Positions 12,841-25,230 of a stretch of DNA of 64,000 nucleotides are shown piece after piece. Each line of letters begins with the position of its first letter. Position 1 is the first letter of the stretch. The notes beneath the pieces were generated by a model, which was not told the DNA's origin, did no database searches, and was given only the letters and a program-made list of their open reading frames with translations. Location of the stretch: positions 77,067,413 through 77,131,412 of the forward strand of contig NC_068991.1 in assembly GCF_001194135.2 (NCBI RefSeq), given 5' to 3'. A program made the position numbers and the translations under genes. The stretch comes from Octopus bimaculoides. Taxonomy: Eukaryota.

Positions 12841-12899
12841 AATGGAGAAAACAATAATAAAGCAGGTGATAATGAAGTGATGACATGCATGTTTGAAAC

Positions 12900-13368
12900 T
12901 GAGCAGCAATGAATAAATATATAACCTTGATATGTGATATCTCCAGTATCCAAAGCATGCTGCTGAGAATTCAGTGCAGATGGGTAGGACATGTTGTTTG
13001 AATGAAAACTGACTGCATTCCAAAAATGCTTTAATATGGCCAAAAAGCAGAGGGACGTCATGGCAAGGGAAGACCTGTCCTTAGATCCAAAGCCAAGTTG
13101 AAGCAATCGCTAAAGTCTCCACAGCTTAATGTGACATTTTGGGGAAGTCATTGCCTTGATTGATCTGCATGGTGTAGAATGTGTGATGATGCATCGAAAC
13201 AATTGGAGTTCAAAAAGACAGAACAACAAAAGAGTTATATCCTGCCATCAACAAACACATTTGTCCAATCCCAGCCAAAATCACAATCATCAGTGTTTCC
13301 ATTGTGACTTCACAGCAAAATCCATCCCTGGACTCCAATTACATTTACGCATCCATTGCAAATAGATG
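12900..13368 (+). mobile_element. RTE (BovB-like) LINE ORF2 3' fragment, pseudogenised
   Basis: Translation SIQSMLLRIQCRWVGHVV*MKTDCIPKML*YGQKAEGRHGKGRP...W...D*SAWCR, then a terminal C2H2 CFHCDFTAKSIPGLQLHLRIH; typical of RTE-clade ORF2 C-termini. Confidence 0.88.
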
Positions 13369-13729
13369 CAGTTTCTTTTATTCTTTTTTTTATTTTAAGG
13401 TGTTTTTTTTCTTTGTTTCACTTTTTTTTTAACCTTTTCCTTCAAACACTCATGCATTGAAATCACTGGGATGGCCATCATATGGATTTTTTCTATCTTG
13501 TTTCTAAATAAAAAGCATATCTGATAAATTTGAATATTAATATTTTTTTTCCCACATGTATCAATGATATATGTATATATATGTACATATATGTATACAT
13601 GTGTGCACACACACACATACATATGTGCACACACACACATACATATGTGCACACATGCACACGTTTTTATGTGTATATCAGATTATGTTGTAATAAATTC
13701 TAAGAAGTGTTTATCATTTTATATTTCTT

Positions 13730-13731
<2 letters not shown>

Positions 13732-13781
<50 letters not shown>
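13732..13781. repeat. (CA)n microsatellite
   Basis: Directly visible. Confidence 0.95.
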
Positions 13782-13785
<4 letters not shown>

Positions 13786-14726
13786 AAGAATGTGAAGTGA
13801 TATTGATGGGTGATTCAATCCACTTGTATTGCTTGTATTTATTTGATGGTGTTTTTGATTTAAAATACTTAAGTGGTTCAAGAGTAATTTGAACTCAGAT
13901 TTCAGAAACTCAAAATAAAATATTGTAAAACATCTGCCACAAAACTCCATATTGCATACTTTTTTTTCCACTGGAATATGCATGAGTTTATGTAATCAAA
14001 GAATATTTTATGTGTATATGTGTGTAATATGTGTGTTCACATGTGCATGCTCTCACACACATATGCACACATGTATATATATATATATATATACTTTAAG
14101 TATATAATTCTCTTGGTAGTATTGAGAGCTTGAGAAATATTCATTCATTTTGTTTCTTTTATTCTTTACAGCATTTGTCCATTTTTATCTTCTATAAAAG
14201 GAGAAATACTTTATTAATTTTTTTTTTTTATCTTTCTATTTTAGTTATGTTTTTACATCCTGTGCTGGATAAAAGTCACCCATGTTCCTGGTGTATACAA
14301 TGACTTACAAACAGGTATGTATGCATAGCATTCTCAGAACTGTGCTTCAATTTTTGTTTCAGATTTCTTCAAGTCCCTGTGCAGCATATTTGTCTCTTTG
14401 TTTCTTATATAGTTGGTGAGACAATTTCCAAAGAAACTTTTCAATAATTTCTATGTACAGCCTAGTTCTCAAGAAACATATATAATGGAGTATTGAAACC
14501 ATACAACCCACTAATCCAAAACATGTTTCTTATATATAAAACATAGTTTGTTGTTGTTGTTACTTACAGAAACCCCACCCTCCTGGCACAGCTGTCTGAA
14601 AAGCATTAATGTCACCCACAAGTAAAGCAATGCACTGGGACCCCCAACATTCATTTATTGACGGCATGTCACAGCATATATAGATTTAGCACTGGGTCCC
14701 TTGATCTCTGTCCCTACTTCCTAGAT

Positions 14727-15207
14727 CAGGGGGTCACCAAAGGGGGTCTGATGAAACCCCTAGGGCTCAGTGAGGAATTACAGGGAGTTGATGATAGCCA
14801 AGGAGTTGAATGGGGATCGGTGTGCAAAAGACCAGCTCACCCAGATGAACGTTTTGAAATTGTTTAGTCGGTGCTATGCTCATCCCTCATATTGATGTTG
14901 TCAATTTCAATAAAAGATATTCCAGCAATATAATGCATTTTTCACATTTTCTAACCGTGAAAACAATTTCATAAAAATTGAAAATTTAATAATGTATATT
15001 CGTAAACGTAGTTTTAAATGTAAAAAGTGTGTCATCGTCGATAGAATTTCTTAATTTGTCATACATGTATTTTTTAGCTAACATTGTAATTGCCAGCATC
15101 AGTACCCGGTACACATTTAAGATATGGTAAGGTAGGGTAGGATATTAAGATGTGGAAGGAGAAGTGGCTAAAGGGGGTCGATGGTTGAAAAAGTTTGGCA
15201 GCCCCTG
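14727..15207. mobile_element. Non-autonomous hAT (Charlie-like) element / MITE
   Basis: Left end CAGGGGGTCACCAAA; right end reverse complement CAGGGGCTGCCAAACT; 8-bp flanks TCCTAGAT and CCGTAGAT (6/8 identical), matching the NTCTAGAN-type target of hAT-Charlie. Confidence 0.75.
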
Positions 15208-15554
15208 CCGTAGATAAATGGTCTGTGTGCCTATATCTTAAGAGGGCACTTCCTCCTGGTGACTTTTGGTTTACTGCTAGGTAGTGTAATGTATATATAT
15301 GTATTATATATATTGTATATTTAATAAGAGTTTGACTCATATCCACATGACTTAAAGGTTCATAAGTATGTAGGGCAAATTCATCTCATCGGATAGACAT
15401 TCAGAGGCAGAGTGGAAGGTTTGAGAGAAATTCAAGATGGACTCTTGGTGTTTAGGCCTAAACGCAAAACCACATTGAACTGCAGACATGTCATTTGTAC
15501 AACAATTTGTTTGAAATACACCAACACGTTAAATATGTGTGTGTGTGTGTGTGT

Positions 15555-15695
15555 GCACATGTATGCAGCAGTTAAGAAGTTCACTTTGCAGTCACATGGA
15601 TTTGAGTTCAGTCCCACTATACAACACATTAGATAAGTGTCTGCTATTGCCCTGGGCTGACCAATGTCATATGAAGGAATTTGGGAGACAGAATC
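15555..15695 (+). mobile_element. Family C SINE head fragment, degenerate
   Basis: GTTAAGAAGTTCACTTTGCAGTCACATGGATTTGAGTTCAGTCCCACT...GGGCTGACCAAT. Confidence 0.6.
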
Positions 15696-16120
15696 TATTT
15701 ATATTTATACATGTTTGCGTGTGCATTTACATATACCATGCTTTTCATTGCTAGAATGAAGCGGTACTGATGTTGACATTCTGATGTCAAGACCAGTCAC
15801 AAGACATTCTGATGTCAAGACCAGTGGTTTTGAAGACCTGTGGAATAATGTTATCTCTTATATCGAAAACAAGAAAAGTATCTGTAGTTAAAATTCTGAC
15901 TCAGATAAATTTCTATCCAAACCCATGACAGCATGGAAAAATGGATGTTAATCAATTGAAAAATGAATGTGTGCATGTATACTAAGTACCTCATATGCTA
16001 GGCAAAATTTGAAAATATAATGTTAGACGACTCATAATGCAGTTTCTTAATAATAAAGTTAAAGGGTCACATTTACTTTTCATTACGCTGTTTGTATTGT
16101 GTATGTGTATGCATATCTAT

Positions 16121-16121
<1 letters not shown>

Positions 16122-16168
<47 letters not shown>

Positions 16169-16253
16169 GTCATTTAACGTCTGCTTTCCATGTTGGCATG
16201 GGTTGGATGGTTTGACTGAGGACTGGCGAGCCAGAATGCTGCACCAGGCTCCA

Positions 16254-16255
<2 letters not shown>
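16122..16255 (-). mobile_element. Family A tail fragment
   Basis: (CAT)n followed by TTTAACGTCTGCTTTCCATGTTGGCATGGGTTGG. Confidence 0.85.
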
Positions 16256-16340
<85 letters not shown>

Positions 16341-16570
16341 TATATGTATGCATGTATATTAGTATATGTGTATGTATGTGTATTCATACATATACATACA
16401 CAAATACACATATAAATGTGTGAGTATGTTTATATGTATGAATATAGATGTATGCATATTTAGATGTGTGTGTGTGTATACATATGTATATATATATATA
16501 CACATACATTTATGTGTGCCCGTGTGTGTTATGTGTGCGTGTGCATGTGTGCATGCATGTGTATGTGTGT
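16256..16570. repeat. Compound (TA)n(TG)n microsatellite / low complexity
   Basis: Directly visible. Confidence 0.9.
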
Positions 16571-18031
16571 AAAATTCTTAATGATAATTAGAAATTACTT
16601 TTCACATAGCTGTAAATATTACATGATACTGAAGAAAACCAATATGAAAATTATCCAATTGACATGTATAAAATATATCACTAATGGAAAAAAATCATCA
16701 AAATATAACTTTAAAATAAATGAATCTGATAACAAATGCAATTGCACCCTTTCAAACATATGCTCACTAAGCTCAATAACTGCAAATGTAAGAAAATCCC
16801 TGTTATTGGATTGATAGAAAACTCCTTCAAAAGTTTCTACATCAATCATACTTATAGCTTCCTCTGTTCTGAACAATTATGTTATATCTAACATTAAAAG
16901 AGAACAAACAATGAAGTTGGCAAATCCTATGTGAATATAATAATATTCACATACAATTTACTAACTCCACTGTTAAAGGAAAGAGAGTATGCAGTCTATA
17001 ACAAGCAAGAAAATATCATATCTTAACTCAGCTTGGTGAGGCCTTTACTACAAACGTGTTGACTTTCGTATGCAAGTACAGAAAATAGTATCATTTAAAT
17101 GGTTATACTTTGCAATGAGAATAGCCAAAATGCAGCATTGCTCTGCATGTCAGATGGTAACAAGGCATCTTATATCCCATCTAATGGCAGCAATAGACTT
17201 CATTTCCAAGACTACAAAAAAAAAAAAAATGCCATCATTGATGATTACAGCAAGATCACATGACTTGAAAAAGACTAATAAGGATGTGCTAAGAATCAAA
17301 CACTTTATTGTGTCATTACTTTTAGTTCGCTAAAACATGAGCAACAGAGCTGTGAAATTTTAAATCCTTACATATTTTTTATGTACATACAATATGTAAT
17401 ATTTATAGGCGAGTGGGATAACATTCCCATGGTGTAATATTCATGACTTTCAAAGACATTAGTGGCAACGGATAGGCAAAACAGTGAAATCTACAACTGA
17501 AATCCTTTCCAGGCTGCAGACACAGATCATTGAGAAATAGCTGCTAATCTATCACATTCCTAAAGGCTTATAGCTAGTGTCCAGAGTGTTAAAGCTCGAT
17601 TTATGTAATGAAGATTTGTGAATCGATTTCAGCTGTATAATTTGTATGTATGTGAATTTTATTACCTGAGCATCACTGGAAATTAATCCAGTTCAAACAT
17701 TTAATAAGTGAAATAATTTTTTCTAGCTTTTTATTTGGTGGTTGCAGAAAATAGATAGCTGGTTTAACACTTCACGGTATTTGTTCAGGACTCAAGATTA
17801 GAAATGCAAATTTTGCTATGGTTGACAGAGGTGTCAGTAATACATTATTAAAATCTGTTGCACCTCTTCCTAATTACAAAAAGAAACAAATAGTTAAGCA
17901 ATTGAAAATCACAAAATAACTAAAGCCTCATAAATAAATTATTCATATCAGAAATCACTCCAAGAATGTCATTGAAAGCAAATGAACAGTAATGGCCTTA
18001 AAGAGTAGAAAAAGCACATTTTGTTTGTGTA

Positions 18032-18131
<100 letters not shown>

Positions 18132-18494
18132 TGAGAGAAAGAGAGACTTGTAGGGAAGAATGCTCTACATATGTTCAGAGGATATGTGATATTAATTTAT
18201 GAGAAAAGCTGATTGTGTATAAACTGAGAAACAAATGATTGGCTCTGGTGTGCAGTAGAGCTACATGAAGATTGATACAACAATGTGAATTAATGGTAGA
18301 ATGTATCCATGGGAGAAGTAGTTCAAGCAGAATGAGACAAGTTCAAATCCAAGAATGTCCGTATGGATTATAGTAATAATTAACATGAGGAAATCTTACA
18401 ATTTGAGAAGAAATCAGTACCTCACCTTCCAAGAATATATATCAGATTCAAGATGTACAAATTATGACCATAATATATTTCAAACTGGAAATTT

Positions 18495-19018
18495 AGTCTG
18501 ATGCTGGAAGGAACATTAGTGGGGTGCAAATATACGAAGCCCAGTATACCCATCACGACTACCCGTCTGATAAGGGTATGCTAGGCACATGCATCACGAC
18601 CATATGTGCGCGACATGGTGATCTCATATCAAAATTAACAATGCATGACCTCGCAGGTGGGGCCCAGTTAGAATTTTCTTCAGGTCGAGTAGCCCATCCT
18701 GCTCAAAAGGTCCCTGAATAAGGGTTAAGGATGTTGAACAAAATGCCCATGTTTCAAAAGGTGAATTATTCAAGCCCCAAAGAATTCCTTTCAACACATG
18801 ATTATGATGCTCCCCCACTACTCCTGCTCATGATCAGAGATGCACATATCGGCAGCCACTAAAGGACATGCCCGACTTGTTAAGCAAATCTGTGGCATTG
18901 AGCAGAATATTTGCTGCAGTCCATCTTTTATGCCGAGACAAAGCAATGTACACGATAACACTTCCAGTCAGTTAAGATCAGAAGCCATGACAGCCACAGC
19001 TTGGTACTGCATCCGGGC

Positions 19019-19065
<47 letters not shown>

Positions 19066-19066
19066 G
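18495..19066. mobile_element. Unclassified GC/CpG-richer interspersed repeat abutting (ATT)n
   Basis: Abrupt rise in GC and CpG relative to the flanks, ending exactly at an (ATT)n run (19021-19066); no convincing ORF. Repeat status is inferred. Confidence 0.5.
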
Positions 19067-19710
19067 ATTCAGTCATATCTTCAGTAAACTTCTATCTAAA
19101 ATCTATTCTAAACTGAAATACAATGTATGCAATTAAGTCTTGACTTCTTCTGTTTTGATGAGTGAAAACTGATGTGTTTGTGAAAAGAGACGGAATCTTA
19201 AGATTGAATTCTTTTATTGAAGCTGTCATAACATCAGTTCTGATAAAATAGGTTCCTCAAACACAATGTTATTAGCAGTGATATGATTAGTGACACCTTA
19301 ATATAGCCAGAGGTGTCATTGATAGGTAGTAACAAGACAAATTATGAGAAAATAAAGAGAAGTGTATTGATTTGTACAGCTGCACATATCAAAATTATAA
19401 AAATAGAAATAGATCATTAAGCTATTTAGTCTTGGAATTTAAAATACGCAGTTCATTCTAAGATTGAGTCGCATCTCTGACCTAGATTTGATTCCCAGTT
19501 GAAGCCATTTCACTTCATTTATTTTACAATGCCCCTAAAAAAAATAAAAGATATGAATATTGATTTTGTATAAGAAATATTATATGTTTGTCAATAATAG
19601 TTTTAAGCAGTAAAGAAAAGTCTTTGAATCTTTGATTGACAAAAGGCTTGTAACATTGATGATTAAAAAAAATTAAACCTTCTGAAGAATTTTATGTAAC
19701 TGTGCTCATA

Positions 19711-19875
19711 GGCACAGGAGTGGCTGTGTGGTAAGTAGCTTGCTTATCAACCACATGGTTCTGGGTTCAGTCCCACTGTGTGGCACCTTGGGCAAGTGCC
19801 TTCTACTATAGCCTCGGGCCGACCAAAGCCTTGTGAGTGGATTTGGTAGACAGAAACTGAAAGAAGCCCGTCGTA

Positions 19876-19934
<59 letters not shown>

Positions 19935-20162
19935 GTGTGTATATGTTTATGTGTCTGTGTTTGTCCCCCCAACATCGCTTGACAACCGATGCTGGTGTGT
20001 TTACGTCCCTGTAACTTAGCGGTTCGGCAAAAGAGACCGATAGAATAAGTACTAGGCTTCCAAAGAATAAGTCCTGGGGTCGATTTGCTCGACTAAAGGC
20101 AGTGCTCCAGCATGGTCGCAGTCAAATGACTGAAACAAGTAAAAGAGCAAAAGAGTAAAGAG
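19711..20162 (+). mobile_element. Family C SINE, full length (tRNA head + CORE-like + (TA)n + tail 1)
   Basis: A-box TGGCTGTGTGG, B-box GGTTCAGTCCC, CORE-like GGCACCTTGGGCAAGTG, internal (TA)n, tail ending GACTGAAACAAGTAAAAGAG. Confidence 0.9.
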
Positions 20163-20948
20163 AATGGTTGTTGAGTTGTTTTGAAAGAAAAAAATGTAAT
20201 AAAAACTAAAGACTAAGAAACATTGTTAAAAAGTTATCAGGATTCCAAGAATTCTTGAATGTTCAAATAACTGAAATGTATTGTTGTTAATAAGATTATA
20301 ATTTTTGAAAAGTAGTCTCATCTTTAACAATGACAATATTTACTACATTATGTTTGATTACTGGTTGTAAAAAAGGTATCTTACTCTCAAGTATTCACAT
20401 AATACCAAGTTGGGTTTGAAGTAGGATCCTCTATTTCAAAATTAAGGGCAATGAATAGCCTGGTGTTGTACACAGTCAGGGATAAACACCTGATGACATT
20501 GAAAGTTTAAGCCAGTCAAAAACTAATAATGTAGATTTAAATATTGAACATTTTAAAAATTTCTTAGGATGAGATCAGTTGTTTGAAAAATTACAATCTT
20601 ATTCCAATGATGCTACTGTCTAGAGTGAGGCAGGGAGCTTCTGAATAAAATAAGAATTCTTCTTCAAATGAAATAAATGAGTGTGGATCTGAAAATTCTA
20701 GAGTGAGGCAGGGAACTCAAAAATAAATGCAAGATTTTTGAAGTGTGGAAGAAGTGAAGTGCTGTGAAATGAATGAGTTTGTTCCAGAATGAAAGTAACC
20801 GTTCTGAAGTGGAGTGAAGTTGAACAATTCTAGAGTGAGGCAGGAAAAATTAGAATGGTGTACACTGTTTCAAAGTAAAACTAAATGTTATAGAATAATG
20901 TGGAACAAAGCTCTGGATCTGATGTAACTGGAACAAGATATGCCCTTT

Positions 20949-20992
<44 letters not shown>

Positions 20993-21394
20993 GTCCATTT
21001 TTCCATGCTTGCAAGGGTAAGATGGAATTTGTTGAGGCGGATTTTCTTGTTGCCAATCCTCATGTATTTCCAAGTAAGGTAATATTTCCCTGTTACTCGG
21101 TATGTCTTGGAAAACTGGAAATGAAGGACACTGCTTGCATGATGGTGATGCTTACGTACATCTATCATGCAATGCCAAGGCAATAAGGTAGAAACACACA
21201 CATACACATGCATGCACGTGCACACACAAAATAGGCGTTTTTCAGTTTCTTTCAATCAAATCCACTCACAAGGCTTTGGTCAGGTGAAGGCTATTATAGA
21301 AGACCCTTACTCAAGGTGTCACATAGTGTGGGACTGAACCCCAAACAATGGAATTGGAAAGCAAACCGCTTACCACACAACCATTCTTGCACCT
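20949..21394 (-). mobile_element. Family C SINE with tail 2 ((GAT)n, family-A-like end)
   Basis: Minus-strand head/CORE at 21230-21394, CA microsatellite, then a tail homologous to 27850-28090 ending in (CAT)n on the plus strand. Confidence 0.8.
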
Positions 21395-21737
21395 ACTTTA
21401 TCAATGATAAAGAAAAAAAAGAAAAGATCTAATGTTTCACACTGAAGTTGTCTTCTGTCATTATGACATGAAGATAATTGAGGGAGGAATAAAAAAGTTT
21501 TATGTTTAGAGTTGCGAGTTTCAAAAATCAAATTAACAGTTTTGAATTGGGATGTTTTGGTCCTAGATTGATATTGCAGGCTTCAGAATTGTTGACTTCT
21601 GATTAAAAGGTTGATGAAGCAAATTAATTAAACAAAACTGAAACAATACACAAAATCTGCCACAGCAATTACTACTTTTGCTATTTTGAATATCGCTAAT
21701 TTTATCATTACCATGGAAACTTCTACGAGTAAATTGA

Positions 21738-22130
21738 GCAGGCATGGCTGTGTTGTAAGAAGCTTTCTTCTCAACCACATGGTTCTGGGTTCAGTCCCAC
21801 TGTATGGCACCTTGGGCAAGCGTCTTCTACTAAAGCCTTGGGCCAACCAAAGCTTTGTGAGTGAATTTGGTTGATGGAAACTATAAGAAGCCTGTCATAT
21901 ATATATAAATATATATATATAAGCATGTGTCTTTGTGTCTGTGTGTGTGTTTGTCCCCCACCATGGCTTGACAACCAGTGTTGGTGTGCTTATGTCACTG
22001 TAACTTAGCAGTTCAGCAAAAAACAACAAAGTTTGATAAAATAAGTACTGGGGTCAATTCATTTGACCAAAAGTTCTTCAAGGTGTTGCCCCAGCATGAC
22101 CACAGTCTAATGAATGAAAGAAATATAAGA
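21738..22130 (+). mobile_element. Family C SINE, near full length, tail 1
   Basis: Colinear with 19711-20162. Confidence 0.88.
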
Positions 22131-22139
22131 CAAGCCACG

Positions 22140-22350
22140 GCAGCCTCTGAACACTCACTCCAGCCTTCTTGAAATAGCAGCCAAACCTTTTTCAAAGCAC
22201 AACATATAACCTTAAAAAGTAGGAGAAACATTTGATAATGTAGTCCTAGATAACCCTAGATAAAAAACAAATGGTATGATCTGAGCTGGAATGTAATTGA
22301 TTGCAAGTCTCCTCATTCAGAGGGGACCTGAGCCAGATCACAACAACATG
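22140..22350 (+). mobile_element. Family F repeat
   Basis: GAAATAGCAGCCAAA...ACAACAAC is the reverse complement of the F blocks at 1415-1615. Confidence 0.55.
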
Positions 22351-22525
22351 TCCAGTTTCTCATTAAAAAGGTGAAAACATGTCTTTTCTGGTTGTTATGA
22401 CAGTCGAATTCATTGTTGTTCAAATATTCTTAATTAGTGAAGAGATGAAAAGACCAAAAGACTGCCAGCTCATATGACACACATGTCTATTTTGGTCTGG
22501 GTTGAAAATGAAACAGTTTTACATC

Positions 22526-22573
<48 letters not shown>

Positions 22574-22575
<2 letters not shown>

Positions 22576-22954
22576 AGGCGCAATGGCCGAGTGTTTAGGG
22601 CAGTGGACTCGCAGTCATAGGATCATGGTTTCGATTCCCAGACTAGGTGTTGTGAGTGTTTATTGAGTGAAAACACCTAAAGCTCTACGAGGCTCCAGCA
22701 GGGGGTGGTGGCGAACCCTGCTGTATTCTTTCACCACAACTTTCTCTCACTCTTTCTTCCTGTTTCTGTTGTACCTGTATTTCAAAGGGCCAGCCTTGTC
22801 GCACTTTGTGTCATGCTGAATCTCCCCAAGAACTACTTTAAGGGTACACATGTCTGTGGAGTGCTCAGCCACTTGCATATTAATTTCATGAGCAGGCTAT
22901 TCCATTGATCGGATCAACTGGAACCCTTGCCATCATAACCGACAGAGTGCCGTA
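22574..22954 (+). mobile_element. Family D tRNA-derived SINE inserted in (TG)n
   Basis: tRNA-like head GGAGGCGCAATGGCCGAGTG...GGTTTCGATTCCC, ~300-bp unique body, (TG)n on both sides. Confidence 0.75.
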
Positions 22955-22958
22955 GTGT

Positions 22959-23025
<67 letters not shown>

Positions 23026-23712
23026 CAAGAGATTGTTAGTTGCTAAACACATATAAGCTATACTGCAATAGCAAAAATAAGAATTATATTGGAAGTCTCC
23101 TGTAGAGTGTGCAGCAGGGAAATACACATTGTTTTAATCCTGAATGTAATCATTTATACCTTTCAGCATTTGATTAAAATATTAACAATACAAACTTAAT
23201 TCAAGTGCATAAATAATTGTGAACCTCTTGCTCAGTTAAATTTCAGGCTTTCATTTTCAAATTGTATTATTTACAAATGTATATTGGCTAATATTATTTA
23301 TATAAAATCTCATTTATGGTTTATTATATTTTGTATATATTGAAACCCGGATGTGTGTGCATGTGCTGTTTGTATGTGATTAATTATCTGAGTAAATGTA
23401 ATGAATTGAGCATACTTCAGATTATGCGTGCTTGTTTCGATTAAGTATTCCACCAGAGACACTTAGAATCAAACTTCCTGTTATTAAAATCCTTTTAGAG
23501 TGTGTATCTCTGAATCTCACTTTTGAGTTATTAACTATGTTGTCCTCTTTCATCAAACAAACTGTCATCAGTAGCAACAAAACCACCTCATTAACGAGCA
23601 CATAAGTATACTCACTGAAACAAAAGACATTAATAACTGCAATCTTGATGACCATTCTAACTGCAAGATGAATAAACAAAAACACTCTGTACCAATATAT
23701 GCATTCGTTATG

Positions 23713-23744
<32 letters not shown>

Positions 23745-23849
23745 GCAGCTAACAGTACACACGGTTTTTGTTTGAATTTCTTGGATGAAGAATTATCATT
23801 GTTATACAGTTTGGACTAAATTCCTCCACATGATTGTTAGAGTCACAAT

Positions 23850-24770
23850 GTTTCAGCTATTGTGTCCCCCATAAAATAGATGATAGTAAATGAAAGTCTT
23901 AAGCATAACGATTCTCTGGTCTTCAGTTATAATGTTCTTTGTTAATTAAAGGTGTGCATATGATGTTCATCTTAATATTAGTCCTACTGAAGGTGGCGAG
24001 CTGGCAGAATCGTTAGCATGCCGGGTGAAATGCTTAATGGTATTTTGTCTGTCTTTACGTTCTGAGTTCAAATTCCGCCAAGGTCGACTTTGCCTTTCAT
24101 CCTTTCAGGGTCAATAAATTAAGTACCAGTTGTGTACTGGGGTCGATGTAATCGACTGGCCCCTCCCCTCAAAATGTCAAGCCTTGTGCTTAGAGTAGAA
24201 AAGAATATTAGTCCTACTGATGAGGTTATCAAAACCTGACATATGCCCTGATTCTTTCAATTGTTTTATTTTCCAGTCTTGTTCCTTGTCTCTTATCTTC
24301 AGATTGTTCTACATTGGTGACATGTCCTTTCTCTTTTTGAATATTATTCTAATGTTGTATGGATTGCAGATCTAATTTTCAACAACCTTTTAAGTAAAGT
24401 TCATACAATTCTTTCAGCTTTCTGACTAATATTCCTGACCCTTATATTTTTGCTCTTAGAAGCTGATACTATGCTAGCATAATAATACAATGAAGGGCCT
24501 CAGCATCTCTTTTGGTTTACGTCTGAGATGCTATGAGTTTTGCTCCCTGTTGTAGGTAATAGTTCCTTCCTCCATATTACATGAATGGTGGGAATCAAAT
24601 CAGGTACTGTCCAGTGAATGTCAGCTGGAGACATAAATCTACACAGTGTGTGAATTATTAGTACATCCAGGAAGGCCAGTTTATTGTCTATTCCCTTTTT
24701 TATTGTGAACTGTGTTGACAGTCTTACTGAGTTTACAAAGTCCAACAGTAGTTACTCTTCTTCCTGATGA
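23850..24770 (-). mobile_element. Decayed Penelope-like element (RT C-terminal part), interrupted by a SINE
   Basis: Minus ORF 24500-24745 reads LDFVNSVRLSTQFTIKKGIDNKLAFLDVLII, matching the PLE RT motif (F/L)N...I.FT.E.E....L.FLDVLI. The left boundary is uncertain. Confidence 0.7.
23991..24203 (+). mobile_element. Family B SINE, full length, 17-bp TSD
   Basis: AATATTAGTCCTACTGA at both 23974-23990 and 24204-24220; A box GGCGAGCTGG; B box GAGTTCAAATTCC. Confidence 0.93.
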
Positions 24771-25029
24771 GGCTAGATTAGAAAGGTAACTTCTACATAG
24801 CTTAGTTATATGTTTGATTTGAACTGTATATCCATCAATAATAACATGCACTTATATTTCTGATATTTTTGACAAAAAACAGTGTAGATTTTCTACAAAT
24901 TTCAAATATCATATCCCAAATTATAGGTTTTGATTATTTACCACACAGTTACGAATAGCAAGGAACCTCATGAAGGGCAACTGCTTTTCATTAATAGAAA
25001 CAGTTGTAGTCCAAAGTGTCATAAAATGC

Positions 25030-25230
25030 AAATGGCGAGTGAACTAGTAGAATCGTTAGAGTGTTGGACAAAATTCCTTGCATTTAGTTACAGTCCCTTA
25101 CCTCCTGAGTTGAAATCCTGCTTAGCTTAAAATTGCTTTTCATTCTTCTGGAGTAAATAAAGTACTGTGGTTGAATTAATTGTCTATATACATTTATCAA
25201 AAACTGAGGCCATGTACCTATGTTAGAAAT
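25030..25230 (+). mobile_element. Family B SINE, degenerate
   Basis: GAACTAGTAGAATCGTTAGAGTG...GAGTTGAAATCC...AAAGTACTGTGG. Confidence 0.6.

Noticed and set aside
14245-14413. Two possible plus-strand exons (14245-14314 and from 14363)
   Set aside because: The implied intron is only 48 nt, the joined frame stops quickly, and no homology is recognised.
20619-20844. CRISPR-like repeat-spacer pattern
   Set aside because: Only three 16-18-bp repeats, unequal spacers, eukaryotic context and no cas genes.
22574-22650. tRNA gene at the start of family D (also the B and C heads)
   Set aside because: A and B boxes are present but the stems do not close and the sequence continues into a SINE body.
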